DNA from: the human T2T-CHM13v2.0 reference genome, Homo sapiens
Direction: 5' to 3' (one strand)
Assembly: GCF_009914755.1 (NCBI RefSeq)
Contig: NC_060939.1
DNA length: 64,000 nucleotides
The first letter of the stretch is position 1. Every line of letters begins with the position of its first letter. Under the pieces are notes generated by a model, which was not told where the DNA came from, ran no database searches, and saw nothing but the letters and a program-made list of their open reading frames with translations. Shown piece by piece: positions 1-14,958 of the stretch. Both the position numbers and the translations under genes were made by a program.

Positions 1-549
1 CCATTACTGGGTATACACCCAAATGACTATAAATCATGCTGCTATAAAGACACATGCACACGTATGTTTATTGCGGCATTATTCACAATAGCAAAGACTT
101 GGAACCAACCCAAATGTCCAACAGTGATAGACTGGATTAAGAAAATGTGGCACATATACACCATGGAATACTATGCAGCCATAAAAAATGATGAGTTCAT
201 GTCCTTTGTAGGGACATGGATGAAATTGGAAATCATCATTCTCAGTAAACTATCGCAAGAACAAAAAACCAAACACCGCATATTCTCACTCATAGGTGGG
301 AATTGAACAGTGAGATCACATGGACACAGGAAGGGGAATATCACACTCTGGGGACTGTGGTGGGGTGGGGGGAGGGGGGGATAGCATTGGGAGATATACC
401 TAATGCTAGATGACGAGTTAGTGGGTTCAGCGCACCAGCATGGCACATGTATACATATGTAACTAACCTGCACAATGTGCACATGTACCCTAAAACTTAA
501 AGTATAATAAAAAAAAAAAAGAAAAAAAAGAAAGAAAGAAAAAAAAAAA
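1..549 (+). mobile_element. 3' end of a young primate LINE-1 (L1PA2-like): ORF2 C-terminus, 3' UTR, poly(A)/(GAAA) tail; continues off the left edge
   Basis: ORF 64-306 is the L1 ORF2p C-terminus (...KHRIFSLIGGN*). G-rich 3' UTR, AATAAA at 506-511 and A tail to 549. GAG at 415-417 (not ACA/ACG) and CTTAAAGTAT (not CTTAGAGTAT) exclude L1HS-Ta/pre-Ta. Confidence 0.95.
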
Positions 550-2637
550 GTTCAGTTCATTTAAAGTTTTGATTCTCAACTTGATTTAAATCTCATCTCC
601 CTTTCCTCTAGTCTGGGCTTGACACATGGCTTCAGGTACCTGAAGTTGCACAGGGCTCTTTTCCCTCTACCATGGAATGGTACGGGTGTGGTGGGCACTG
701 GTTCTGAGATACTTCTTCCTTTTATTTCTTCTGGATCTAGCTTTCCAAGGGTAGGAAACAAGGAAAGGGGAAGGGGATAAGGGCTATCAGCTCTTTACTC
801 AACTGGATACCTCTCTCTGGTAGTTGTCACTGCCACTCCAGCTCTCCCTCAACCCTCTGCCCTCTGTGTAGCAGATGTGAGTTCTTTGGAGGGCTCCACA
901 GGACACTTCCTGCAGCAGGTAGTCCAGCTTCAGCTTGCCACTTGCTGCCGGGGTCTTCTCACCTAGCAGGCAGCCTTATTGGATGGAGTGTAGGCTGGAG
1001 AGTTCAAACCCAGCTCCCTTTGGTGTAGTCTACCTGACCCATAGGAAATGCATGCTTCTTACTGTGCCAGACAGTGAGAAGACGGAATGCTTCAATGCTG
1101 CCTCCTCTCTCTGTCCTGCCAACTCCCTTCAGTTCTCCTTTCCTTGTTCTGATAGATCCAGGGAGAGATCAGCAGACCCACGGTCTAAGCAGATGTTCAT
1201 CTGTAGAGTGGACGGACATTCTCTCCTTGCAGCCGCCCCCAATCTCTATGAGTATTTCTCGTTTTCTTCATTTTCATTTCTAATGGCTGTGTTCCATTGT
1301 ACTTATGGTTATACCATAATGGCATAAGTGGCATTATGTGTTATTTAAACCCATTATTTCCTTATTGAATATTTGGGTTGCTTCCTGGATGGTTTGTTCA
1401 CTCGTGTTTACCATCAGACACCTGAAATGAACATCTCATGCTCACATCTTTGCTTACTTGAGTATTTCCTTAGAATAATCCTTTCTTAGTGTACTGTGCT
1501 TTGCTACACACTTGATACACATTGTGGCCTTCCTCCTTTCACCCTGTTTCAGTTCTGTGTAGAGCTTTTCCAGCACTCCGGGTTTTATGTCATAAATGTA
1601 CTTCCCATGACCTTGTCCCCCAAGTGATTTTGGATCAATATTCCAGTCTGTGTTGACACTGGTGATGGAGTCTGAGCAGGAAGATCTTGGGTCGTCTTGG
1701 ATGCAGACACCGCTTTATTGCCAAGTTGCCCTGAAAATCTGCAATACAGAGTTATTGGCTAGATCCAGTGAGAATCTGGTGGGAGAATGAATGGGAGCTC
1801 TCTCCTTGTGTGTTGCCTGTGATCCCGGCACTCCTTTTTCTCTTTCTACCTCTCTGACCTTTCCATCTCACTCTCCTTCTTTGGCTCCTCTCTGGCTTTT
1901 AAAAAATGCTCCTCAATTCCAGAGCTCTGCCTTTGCCCTCCCGTCTGTCCCTCCACATGCTCTCCCAGGCAGCCTCCATCTCTCCAGAGGCTCCTGCCTG
2001 GGGGTTATCAGGTGGAGACCCAGGTCTCATGACGATGTCGTCTCTCAAATGTAAACTTTTGAGGTTTTCTTCAAATAGCATTATATATACCGAAAAGATA
2101 AAAAGTTGTCCATTATTTTACATTAACTGTTAAATGTAAACATTAAAAATAAACACAATCTTCATAACTCTGTTTTGGCTTTTCTTGTTTCTTTCTTTTT
2201 CTTTTCTTTTCGTTTTTTTTTTTAACTCAAGGTTCCCTCCAAAGTGGAAGAGGCTCAGCACCTCAGAGGGGCTTCTGTTTGCCTCTTCAATGAGCTGCAG
2301 ACCAATATATGCATGAGCTACCATGCACCAGAATGTTCCTTGGTGGTGTCAAGCACAAATGCTTCTCAAACCAAAGTCCTTACCTCTCACTGCGCTCTCT
2401 TGCTGTGCCTAGATTCTCCATCACCCAGCCATTTGAGCCAGATCCTGGCATCACTGTAGATGCCTTCTTTATTCCTGTACCTGCCCTGTACCCATTCAGC
2501 CACTAACTCCCATTTTTCCCATCTCAGAAATGTCTTTTAAATGTTTCCTCCTCTCAGTTTCCATTGATGCTGTGTTTGAAGACTAGGGACATGGCAGCGT
2601 GGAGTATGAGATAATGATGAACAAAGATAGTCTGTGT

Positions 2638-2858
2638 TTGGGCACAGTGGCTCATGCCTGTGATCCGAGCACCTTGGGAGACCAAGGCAGGAGGATTAGT
2701 TGAGGCCAGAAGCTTGAGATCAGGTTGGAAAACATAGCAAGACCTCATCCCTACCAAAAATGTAAAAAATTAGCTGGTTATGATAGCTGTGCTTGTAGTC
2801 CCAGCTACTTGGGAGGCTGAGGTGGGAGGGTCGCTTAAGCCCAGGCAGTTTGTGGCTA
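2638..2858 (+). mobile_element. Old Alu (AluJ-like), 3'-truncated
   Basis: Left arm, A-rich linker and partial right arm (GTAGTCCCAGCTACTTGGGAGGCTGAGG); no tail. Confidence 0.88.
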
Positions 2859-3839
2859 CCCTGGGGACGACCTTGAAGAGCATGTAAAGGATTTTACTCA
2901 GTTAGTAACATGGAGTTCTGTGGTTGCTGATCAGGAGGTGGTGGAGGCACCGTTGCGACACCATTGGACCATGGGGACACACTTCAGCAAAACATAATTG
3001 GGAGACCTCTTCTAGGCGGGCAATGATGAGACCTTAAACTCAGTTTTCAAGAGCAAACTGGGTGGAGAGTTAGCTGTGGACAAGAGGATATGAACGTGGG
3101 GATGATGTTAGAACCTGAAGGAGTGGAACTTGGTAAGTGATTACATGGGCTTGAGAGAGAGAGGGAGGAATCAAAATTCCTTCAGGTTCCAAACAAGTGT
3201 TAGGGACACGTGAGGGTGGAAATTCACCCTGATCTTGGGAAATAATTGGTTACATTTGAAGGAGTAGTTTGGGGGACTACATGGAGTCTCACCTTCGGGG
3301 GAAGGTGAGGCACTGAATAAAGGAAGGATATACTACTCTTTGAGAGAGAAACAGGATCATTAGAGAGGTTTTCCTTAGCAGAGTGTATTCCGTATATTCA
3401 TACTCTAAAAGGAAAGCAGCCAGGAGAAAGGGAGAGATTGAAGATAGAAGAGGAAAAAACCAATTACATGTAATTGTTTCATAACAGAAAAAACTTAGGC
3501 AGTGTTCCTCCATTGCATTACTAATGTATCTTAAAGCACCAAAGCTAACATCTTATGGAAACCACATTTCAAGGTTTATGATTGTGATTGCTTTCAGTTT
3601 ATTTTTACAAAGATGCTAATTTCCATAAATAACATGGAAGCATAAAGCAGTTTCCTCTCCAAGTATTTCATGGAATTACTTTCTGGAATTTGTCAGCACT
3701 GAACAGCTCCGGCCAACGTATGCTATAAATTATTGTGGTCAAATACTCAGAAATGCTTTTATTGTCCAAGCCTTCATTTACAAATAAACGGTATTTTATT
3801 TTGAAAATAATTTAAAAACAAAGAAGAGTAACTATTTTA

Positions 3840-5260
<1,421 letters not shown>

Positions 5261-5989
5261 TAGTCCAGGTCTTTAAGTTTTTGGTCACATTCCAGGAACA
5301 AAAAGTTCTCTTGTCTTAAATGGCATATGGTATAATGGAGGAGTAACAAAAGTTCCTTCTCTCAAAACTTTGTAAAACAAACAACAACAAAAAGAACAGT
5401 TTATCTCTAATGAAGCAAGGAAATGGTGCCAGCTTCCAAACACAAATTATGAAGGTTTTTTTTTTTTTTTTTTTTTGAGTACTGTGAAGTTTGGATGTAG
5501 GGGAGGGAGGATCCTGAAGACTGACATGTGTTTCCTTGGATTCTGAGCAGGACAGAGATTTCTGTAAGGATGTCCTATGTAATAAACTTTTTAAAGAACA
5601 GTGAAATTGGTGGCCCTGAGTGGGTCTTGGAAAAAGCAGGTATTGTCCCCAAAAAGGCCTAGTTTGACACCAAAAATGACATGGTACATAGAATTGAAAG
5701 GGAACCCTTATTGACCAAAAATTGGATTGTCCATGTGTACAAAACAGCCTCCTACAGAGGGAGATTGGTGCAGATGAAATGGGATGAAGGGGTGGGTGGG
5801 TGGAAGAGCAACCCTTTCCATAACAAAGAGACTGTAGGTTAGGGGCTCTCTTGAGATCCCTGATGACTTTTGAATGCTGAAAATGAAGAGAAGATAGGAC
5901 TCCAGAGAAAAGAAAATAACATATTTAGTGATAGGATTAACCAAACACCAAAGCATAGTGGAAGTTAGGGACTACTCTATTCATTTTCT

Positions 5990-6760
5990 GTCTCGTACCC
6001 CATGTCCTCTTTATGCTGCTCTTCAGCTTGAAACAACAAAAATAAGTGCCATGGAATAAGCAATTGGGAACATGCTAGACAAAATATACACCCAACAAGA
6101 TGAAATGTAAAAAACAAAAATATACAAATGGTGATAGAAAAATGATGACAAAGGAGGCCCAACATATGCATAGTTAATATTTTTGAAAAAGAGAACAGAA
6201 AATATTCAACAATATAATTAAGGAAAACTTTTCTCACTCTTTTTTTTTCAGGTCATTGTAAATATTGATTCTGTTTTTTTGGTATTGAGTATTACTGAAG
6301 AGAAGTCTGTGGTCAATCTGATATTTTCTCTTTTTTTTTTCTCACTTTGACACTATACCTACATGATTTCTTCCTTATTCTGAAGTGTCATATCAGGACA
6401 TGATATAAACAATTTTTATGTAAATTATTTTTTATTTCTGTGTGTGTGTGTGTTTGTGTTTCAGTAACTTTAAAAAATGGGGTCATCAAATATGTAATGT
6501 TTTCATTTTTATTTTTGCTATTCTTTTCCTAAGCTCACTTTTTCTGTTGTCTTGAAATGTTTCCTTTAAACTCATATTTCTACCTGAGCTTTTAAAAAGG
6601 GAGATCAAGTTGTCCATAATGTATTTTTGACTTTTTTTTGAGTAATTTATTTAGTAATACATGTTCTTTGACTACATTTTGGTTCTGTTTCTTGCTATTT
6701 TTAAAAATTTGTGTGCATCAATCTTGTGAACATTCTGTTCTGATGGGTATTCTCTTCTTA
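5990..6760. mobile_element. Ancient L1M ORF1-region fragments; orientation appears to switch near 6237
   Basis: A-rich sense-like segment (AATATAATTAAGGAAAACTTTTC) abuts a T-rich antisense-like segment (GAAGAGAAGTCTGTGGTCAATCTGAT). Confidence 0.4.
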
Positions 6761-7086
6761 ATGGGGCTCTGCTCTGTGTGTCTCCCATCCTCCTTGGACC
6801 AAGAGACTAACCAGAACATATTTTTTTTCTTGGTAATGATAGAGATACAAAAAACCCAAATGCACATGAGTCTTTTAAGCTTCTGCTTATGTCATTTCTG
6901 CTAACATCCCACTGGCCAAAGCAGCTCACACAGCTGAAGCCAAAGTCAGGGAATAGGGAAACATCCTTACCTACTATGAGGCCAGAGGGCAGAGCAAATT
7001 ATACAGCCTTGTCCGATGTTATTAGGGCAGGGGAGTGTGCTCCACCCATGGAGATTTTCTGTATCTCTGTGTGTTGGAGGAGTGAG

Positions 7087-7383
7087 TATTTATTTATTTT
7101 TTTTAGACGGAGTCTCACTCGGCTGCCCAGCCTGGAGTGCAGTGGCGCAGTCTTGGCTCACTGCAACCTCCGCCTCCTGGGTTCAAGCGATTCTCCTGCC
7201 TTAGCCACCCCAGTAGCTGGGATTACAGTTGTGCACCACCACGCGCGGCTAATTTTTGTATTTTTAGTAGAGACGGGGTTTCACCATATTGGCCAGGCTG
7301 GTCTGGAACTCCTGACCTTGTGATCTGCCCGCATCGGCCTCCCAAAGTACTGAGATCACAGGCGTGAGCCACTGCACCTGGCC
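7087..7383 (-). mobile_element. AluS (Sg-like)
   Basis: Full reverse-complement Alu with GGCCAGGCTGGTCTGGAACTCCTGACCTTGTGATC. Confidence 0.95.
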
Positions 7384-7393
7384 GGGAGTGAGG

Positions 7394-7697
7394 TTTTTTT
7401 TTTTTTTTTTTTTTTGAGACAGAGTCTCGCTCTGTCTCCCAGGCTGGAGTGCTGTGGCGTGATCTCGGCTCGCTGCAAGCTCTGCCTCCTGGGTTCACTC
7501 CATTCTCCTGCCTCAGCCTCCTGAGTAGCTGGGACTACAGGTGCCCGCCACCACGCCCGGCTAATTTTTTTGTATTTTTAGTAGAGACGGGGTTTCACCC
7601 TGTTAGCCAGGATGGTCTCAATCTCCTGACGTCGTGATCTGTCCGCCTCGGCCTCCCAAAGTGCTGGGATTACAGGTGTGAGCCACCGCGCCCGGCC
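7394..7697 (-). mobile_element. AluY
   Basis: Y diagnostics GCAAGCTCTGCC, CCATTCTCC and GTTAGCCAGGATGGTCTC; T22 tail. Confidence 0.95.
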
Positions 7698-7874
7698 AGG
7701 AGTGAGTATTTTTGAAAAATAATCTACTCTACTGTTGTGGCAGGCTTTTCTTTAAGGCAGCCTAGTTCCAGAGAGCATGCTTTAATCACTATACTCTCAC
7801 AACCCTCATAAATGAAATTATGACTTTGGGAGGAGTTGACACAAATCAGGTCTCCCTGATCTGCCACAGCCTTA

Positions 7875-8350
<476 letters not shown>

Positions 8351-8356
8351 CTAAGT

Positions 8357-8629
8357 CAGTGGTGTTATTTAAATTTTTTGACTGTGACTCACAGGAAGAA
8401 ATGCATTTTATATTATGACCACACACACACACACACATATGCACACGTATGTTTTTCATAATACTTAAACAAAAGTTTTGGGAAACAATACTTAATCCTA
8501 TTTGTTTTTCTTTTCCATTCTATTTCATTTCATTCTATTCCAATTGATTCCATGAAAAAATGGCTAAGACCTAATCAATTCATTTTATAACCCACTAATG
8601 GAATGTATTCACAGTGTGAAAAAATACTG
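8357..8629. mobile_element. Non-autonomous hAT-Charlie-type DNA transposon with internal (CA)n
   Basis: Degenerate terminal inverted repeats CAGTGGTGTT...AAAAAATACTG; internal TTTTTGACTGTGACTCACAGGAAGAAATGCATTTTA resembles Charlie4-type elements. Confidence 0.6.
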
Positions 8630-8909
8630 CTCTGGTTAATAGACCCCATTCTCTGTCTACCTGTGTGTGTATTGAGGTTGGTATCTGGTAACTGAGACAC
8701 TTAGCACAACTGCCTGATTCTGGTCAACTGATGTCTATTGTAACTCTGCTCTCCTGGGATGGTATCTCCTGGGCTAAACCAACTATTGCCAATGGTGTGC
8801 AGATACAACTATAATTTCCAGCATGCTTAGTAATTAGCGTTCTTCAGAGCTATCTAGATGTTCATATTCTTTCACTCCTTTGACCTAGTAACATGAGGAA
8901 ACATAGTAA

Positions 8910-9600
8910 TAGGTTTCTGAATATTGAATCATCCTTGTGTTCCTGGCATTAACTGTACTTGGCCATGATATATTGTTTTTTTTTAATATTCAGCTGGATT
9001 TGGTTTGCAAATATTTTATTGAAAATTACTACATCTGTATTCATAAGAGATGTTGGTTTGTACTATATTTTTCAGGTTTTTATATCAAGATTTTCAGTAA
9101 CCTCATAAAATGCATTGGGTACTTTTCATAATTTTCATTTCCTGGGTCTGTTTAAATTGCACAGAAATAACCTGTTTCTTGAAGGTTGGAAAGAACTTGC
9201 CAATAAAATAAAGAGGGCACAGAACTTTTTGGGGGCAGCCCTTCTTTGACGTCCTCTTTACTTTTTATACAATTGTTGGTGTGTTCGGGATTTCTCCAGA
9301 TTCTTTAATCCAATTTGATCAATATAAAATACAAAAAGATAATTTGTATTTTCCTAGAAGCCTTCTGGACAGCAAAGGCAAATATTTTATACTATTTTAA
9401 AATATTTTCAAGTTATTTTGCAGTGATATTTTGATTTATTCTCTCTTCAGAGAATGTGGGTTTTATTTAGTCTCATTTTTTGAAATGTTGTAAGGTGCTC
9501 AATTTTATGTGTATCCCAAGGATATTTGATAGTTGGACATTTTGTAAATTTTCACAGCTATTTGACAATAAATTATATTCTCTGCATTGAAGAATATTGT
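8910..9600 (-). mobile_element. Old L1M ORF2 fragment
   Basis: Antisense L1 phrases ATATTGAATCATCCTTGTGTTCCTGG and GGTTTGCAAATATTTTATTGA. Confidence 0.7.
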
Positions 9601-12554
9601 TCTGCTGTCCCCGACTCTTCTTTACTAGTTCTCTCCCTCTGCTTTTCCACTCCCATACTAATTCCCCTTTAGCTCTAGTGGGGAGCAATCTAACTCTTTT
9701 GTTTTCTTGTCTCCTATTGATCTGTGTCCTTAGGAGCTCTGCCAACAAATGCTTGCCTAGCTGTTTTTGTAAGCAAAGATACTTCTCTCCTTAAGAGGAA
9801 TAATGGGCCTAGCTGTTGGGTAAGATTAAATTCTGCTTTCCAATTTGCTGATTTTGCCTCTGGGTTGCTTTTTAGTTTTTACAATATTATCAATAAAGGA
9901 TATTTAACGCCTTTGTGCAACAAGCATTTCTCTTTATTACTAAGTTGTACCATTAGTAGCCTGGGAGAGTGTCTTGCGACCTATACTCACTCGCATTTGA
10001 TGTCACTAATAAAATGTTAACTCCATAGAATCCTGGGCATTTTAAACCCTGTCACCCTTAAATCCAAATAGAAGTGACCACCCTGGGAATCAGAGTAGAG
10101 AATTCTGAGGGTTGGTATAGCTCATTTAGGAGTACATTTTAAGCTATGTTATAAAATGGATACTCTGAGTCTATAGTTTGTGAAAAGAGTGACCCATATA
10201 TGTTAGAATGCAAAAATAAGGTGTCAGTGAAGCAGGGGTGTAAATCATAAGCAAAGCTTGCTGGTGCTCCAGGGGGTCTGGAAGATAGGACTCAAAGTGT
10301 GTTTGGAAAGGAGAAAGCACTATTGACATCTTTTGCTAAGGTGAAGGCAGGGCCTGTGAAGAGGCTCTTCCTGCCTGGATGGGTATTCTCCGTGAAGCTG
10401 AGGGATGACTGCCCATTTGCTGGGTGTGCAGATTGTAGATCGTAGCAGAAAGAAGCCAGCCTGAATGTGAGGGACATGCCTGCCCTTCTGGAGGAAAGTT
10501 GCCCATTTGTTGGCAGTCATTTGTAATCATTATTCCTCCAGTTGAGAGAGAAGAGAAAAGAGGTGTGGGATGGGCAGATGAAACAAGTCCAACACCCTTT
10601 ACTGTTCAACCCAAATTCCTTTCAAAGCAAACACTTCACACTTAGAATGCAGAGCCTCGTTTCCAAAGAACAGAGATAGGTGGGACATTTGCAACGTTGC
10701 TTCCTTGTGCCATGACTCTCCAAGGGAAACAGACCTTCCCAGAGCCCAGTCAGGCCTTTGCTGGGGGCCTGAGCAGTGGCCTTACTTCTTAGGACAGGCT
10801 TTGTGGGTTTGCATCTTGGAGGTAGACCGGTGGCTTTGAGCTGACCTTGGAGCTCTCCTTCCCGTCCCTGGGAGGTCCAGCATGTGGCAGGCATCATTGT
10901 TCACAGCTCCAGAGGTGGAGCACTTACGCTGCACCCTCTGTAAATCCTTTCTGGGATGCATTAGCAGCTTCCATTGTCAGAGCCAGGAAAGCATTTTGGT
11001 GCATGGAGCAAAGAAGGAATGCATGGAGTGGCAGGCGGCCATGATCTGGCAGGCGCTGTTCAGGCCCTGTTTGTGAGAGGGCTGTTCACCTAGGTGGTGC
11101 CTTCTATGCACCTGGCTGATGTCTGGTGGGTCTTTAGCAGTGCGCTTAGCAACCAGACACTTTAAAAGATAACAGAGCTTTTGGGGAGAGGGAGAGAAAC
11201 CCAGCCTACACCATGGAATGAACTAGCCACTGTTTATTATAGTGTTAATTGATAAACGAATAGACAGGCACACATACATAATTGTACGACACAGAGCAAG
11301 ATAGATAATGTACTGATTGCTATCCTCAGTTTTTCCCCAGTAGAGCATTGGTGAGTCCCTAGAGTGTGACAGGCCAAGGTGGTGTCTCAGTCTGTTGGCA
11401 TCATTGCTGGGTTTTTTTTCTATGCTGTCTGCTGACCCTCTCTCATGCCCTTCCCAGGACACAGAGTGCATTGAGTAAGCCTTGGCTCCCAAGATGCTTC
11501 ATTGGCCAGCCCTGGGGTAGTGTCCTAGATGTTAACAGTTTTTTTTCCACTCTAGGAATAACCAAGGGAAGTTTGTCCTTCAAAAGACACATGGCACGCA
11601 GGACATAGGCATCTTTTTTAAGCTGTCATGTGGAAGTACTCACTGACCTCAGAGCTCTGTTTTGTAACATAGGATTAGCACATAATTCTGAGGTGCAATT
11701 AATGAATCCATTGACTGACAATCCCTGATAAGGTCAAGAAAGAAAGCTATCTTAAGAGAAACTAATATGAGACTAGGGTTGGCACCAGAAGTGCAAGTGG
11801 AGTCCTCATCTGTATTCAGCATTTAGAATTCATGGCTTCTTCTCTGCTTTCTGTTTGTAAGGTTGTTGTATACTGCGGACTTTTAGCTTCTTTAATATGA
11901 AATGTGTGGTTTGTAAATATTTTCTCCCAGTATGTAGCTTGATTCTTTTACCCTCTTATAGGTTTTTATTTTTTATTTTTATGTTTTTTTTTTTTTTTGG
12001 AGAGGAAAAGTTATAAATTTTGGTGAAGTTCTATTTATCAAATTTTTTCACTTATAGATCATGGTTTTTGGTGTCATGGCTAAGAATGCTTTGCCTACCC
12101 TAAGTCCTGAAGATTTTCTCCTATGTTTTCTTCTAAATATTTTATAGTTTTATATTTTATATTTAAGTAAATGATCCATTTTGAATTAATTTGTTCATAC
12201 AGTGTGAGGTTAAGGTCACATCTTACGTTATATGGTGTGAGGTTAAGGTCAAGACTCACTTTTGCCTATGATGTCCAATTGCACCATCGTCATTTCTTGA
12301 AAAGACATTCATCCTCCATTACATTACTTTTGCTCCTTTGTCAAAAATTAGTTGAGGGTATTTGTTTGGGTCTATTTTCAGATTCTTCATTTTGTTCCAT
12401 TGATCTATGTATCTATTTGTCCTACTGTGTCACACTATCTTGATTACTGTAGCTTTACAGTAAGTCTTAGAGTGATTCCTCTTTATTATTCTTTATCAAA
12501 ATTATTTTAACTCTTCTAGATTCTTTGCATTTCCATGTAAGTTTTGCTTGTCTA

Positions 12555-12740
12555 TATATAAAAATATATATACACACATATACATATACACATATATACA
12601 TATATACACACATATATACATATATACACATATATATACATATATACACACATATATACATATATACACATATATATACATATATACACACATATATACA
12701 TATATACACACATATATACATATATATATATATATATATA
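12555..12740. repeat. (TATACA/TA/CA)n compound microsatellite
   Basis: About 185 bp of almost purely alternating purine-pyrimidine sequence with recurring CATATATA units. Confidence 0.97.
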
Positions 12741-14284
12741 AATCTTGCTGGAATTTTGATAGGAATTGTGTTAAACCTATAGGTCGCTTTTGGGGGAGGA
12801 TAAACATTTTTACTGTGTTGAGTCTTCCCAATCCATGAATATGGTCTGTCTCTTCATTATGTAGCTGTTTCTTGACTTCTATCATAATGTTTTGTAAAAT
12901 TCTGAACAATCCTTGTTGGATTTATAATTACATATTCTATATTTTTTTGGAGTGATGGTAAATGGTGGTGGGTTTTTCATTTCATTACCCATCTGTTGGT
13001 TGCTAATACACAGAAATACAATTGATTTTTGTGTATTGATCTTGTATCTTGCAAGCTTTCTGAAATCATATACTGGTTCTAGGAAGGGTTCTTTTTTAGA
13101 TTTCTTGGGATTCTCTACATAGACAAAGGGATATAAGACCTAAAATTAACAACCAATACTATGTGCTGCCTTGATATCTGGTGAAACTAGGAGGTCCTTG
13201 AATGGCTTAATGTTAAGTTTCTCTCCCTAATCCATTCCCATGGGTAAGGTCCATGGAAGAATTTTTTTTAAATCATGAATAGGTGTTTAATTATGTGAAA
13301 TGCTCTTTTCCGCATCAGTTTATATGATCACATGATTTATCTTTTTTTCTTTTAATGCTGTTGATTTGATGTATTACATTGATTTTCAGGTATTGAACCA
13401 GCCTTGCATCCCTGAAATAAACTCCACTTGGTCATGGCCTATCATTCTTTTTATATATATTGCTGAATTCTATTTACTAATATTTTGTTGAGAATTTTTG
13501 CATCTAAATTCATGAGAGATATTCACGTGCTGTTTTCTTTTTTTTTTTTTTTGTCCTGTCATTGTCTGGTTTTAGTACTATCTTCATAAAATGAGTTGGA
13601 GAGTGTTCTCTCTTCTGTTTCCTGAAGAGATTGGTGTTCTTTACATGTTTGGTATAATTCTCCAGTGAAACTTGGATATTTCATTTTTGACAGATTTTAA
13701 ACTGTGAACTCAATTTCCTTAACAGTTATATAGTATTATTCAGGTTATCTATTTTATATTGAGTGAATTTTGGTATTTTTTGTTTTTCAAGGAATGGGTC
13801 TATTTCAAATTGTTGAATTTTTCTGTGTAGAATTGTTTGTTGCATTTCCTTGTTATCCTTTTAATGGTTGCAGGATCTGTAGTGATACCCATTTCATTCC
13901 TGATATTTGAAGTTTGCATTTTTTCTCTTTTATTCTTTGTAATATTGCTTACTTTTTTCTTTGTCAGCTTATTGTTTTGTTGATCTTTAAAAAGAATTAG
14001 GTTTTTGTTTTATACATTTCCTCTGTTGTTTTTCTGTTTTCTATTTCAGTGAATTTTGCTCTTTATTATTTTCTTCCTTCTGGTCACTTTTTTTCTCCCT
14101 CTGTTTTCCATTTTCTTGGGGGTAGGATTAGATTATTGATTTGAGATCTTTTCTTTTTTTTCTAATGCAAGCATTTAGTGCTATAAATTTCTCTCTCTGT
14201 AACTGAGTTTGCCATACCACAAAATTTGATATGTTTTACTTTCATTTTCATTCTTATTAAACAATATTTTTAAGCTTTCCTTTG

Positions 14285-14958
14285 TGCTATGTTCTCAATG
14301 TTTGTGTCCATCCACCTCCAAATTCATATGTTAAAATCTTACCCTTTGGCCAGGCGTGGTGGCTGACACCTGTAATCCTAGCACTTTGGGAGGCTGAGGT
14401 GGGCGGATCATGAGGTCAGGAGATCGAGACCATCCTGGCTAACATGGTGAAACCCCGTCTCTGCTAAAAATACAAAAAATTAGCCGGGCTTGGTGGTGGG
14501 CGCCTGTAGTCCCAGCTACTCAGGAGGCTGAGGCAGGAGAATGGCGTGAACCCGGGAAGGGGAGCTTGCAGTGAGCGGAGATTGCACCGCTGCACTCCAG
14601 CCTGGGCGACAGAGTAACACTCCATCTCAACAACAACAACAATAACAAAATCCTACCCTCCAAGGTTATGGTATTAGGAAGTGGGAGGTGATCAACTCAT
14701 GAGGGCAAGCCCTCCTGAATGAGATCAATGCCCTTATAAAATAGGCCAAAAGGCGCTTGTTTGCCCCTTCTTCCACGTGAAAACACAGTGAGAAGACACA
14801 TCTATGAACCAGAGAGTAGGCCCTCACCAGATACTGGACTTGCTGGAACCATGATCTTGGACCTCCCACTCTCCAGAACTGTGAGAAATACATTTCTGTT
14901 TTTTATAAACTACCCAGTTTGTGATATTTTGTTAAAGCATCCCAAATGGACTAAGACA
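14285..14958 (+). mobile_element. MLT1A-type MaLR solo LTR inside the L1, interrupted by AluY
   Basis: Starts TGCTATG, ends GGACTAAGACA; near-identical 5-bp flanks CTTTG/TTTTG. Confidence 0.85.
14348..14646 (+). mobile_element. AluY with (CAA)n tail
   Basis: GAGATCGAGACCATCCTGGCTAAC and GAATGGCGTGAACCCGGG; TSD AAAATCTTACCCT / AAAATCCTACCCT. Confidence 0.95.

Larger units (their letters stand above)
6800..7736 (-). mobile_element. Old MaLR LTR (MLT1J/K/L group) split by two Alus
   Basis: MLT1-type motif GCTAACATCCCACTGGCCAAAGCA; the terminal segment GAAAAATAATCTACTCTAC resumes after the Alus. Confidence 0.65.

Noticed and set aside
1590-1745. Possible minus-strand exon (TGTATTGCAG acceptor, ~50 open codons)
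   Set aside because: Peptide unrecognised, no convincing donor, and antisense to ADAMTSL3.
6889-7637. ORFs up to 144 aa
   Set aside because: Alu-derived reading frames, as are the similar ORFs at the other Alus.
11325-11360. Possible micro-exon CCCCAG|TAGAGCATTG|GTGAGT
   Set aside because: 7-10 nt and frameshifting; such motifs are expected by chance in 64 kb.
12467-12909. Y/I/H/T-rich ORFs
   Set aside because: Translations of the (TATACA)n microsatellite and L1 remnants.
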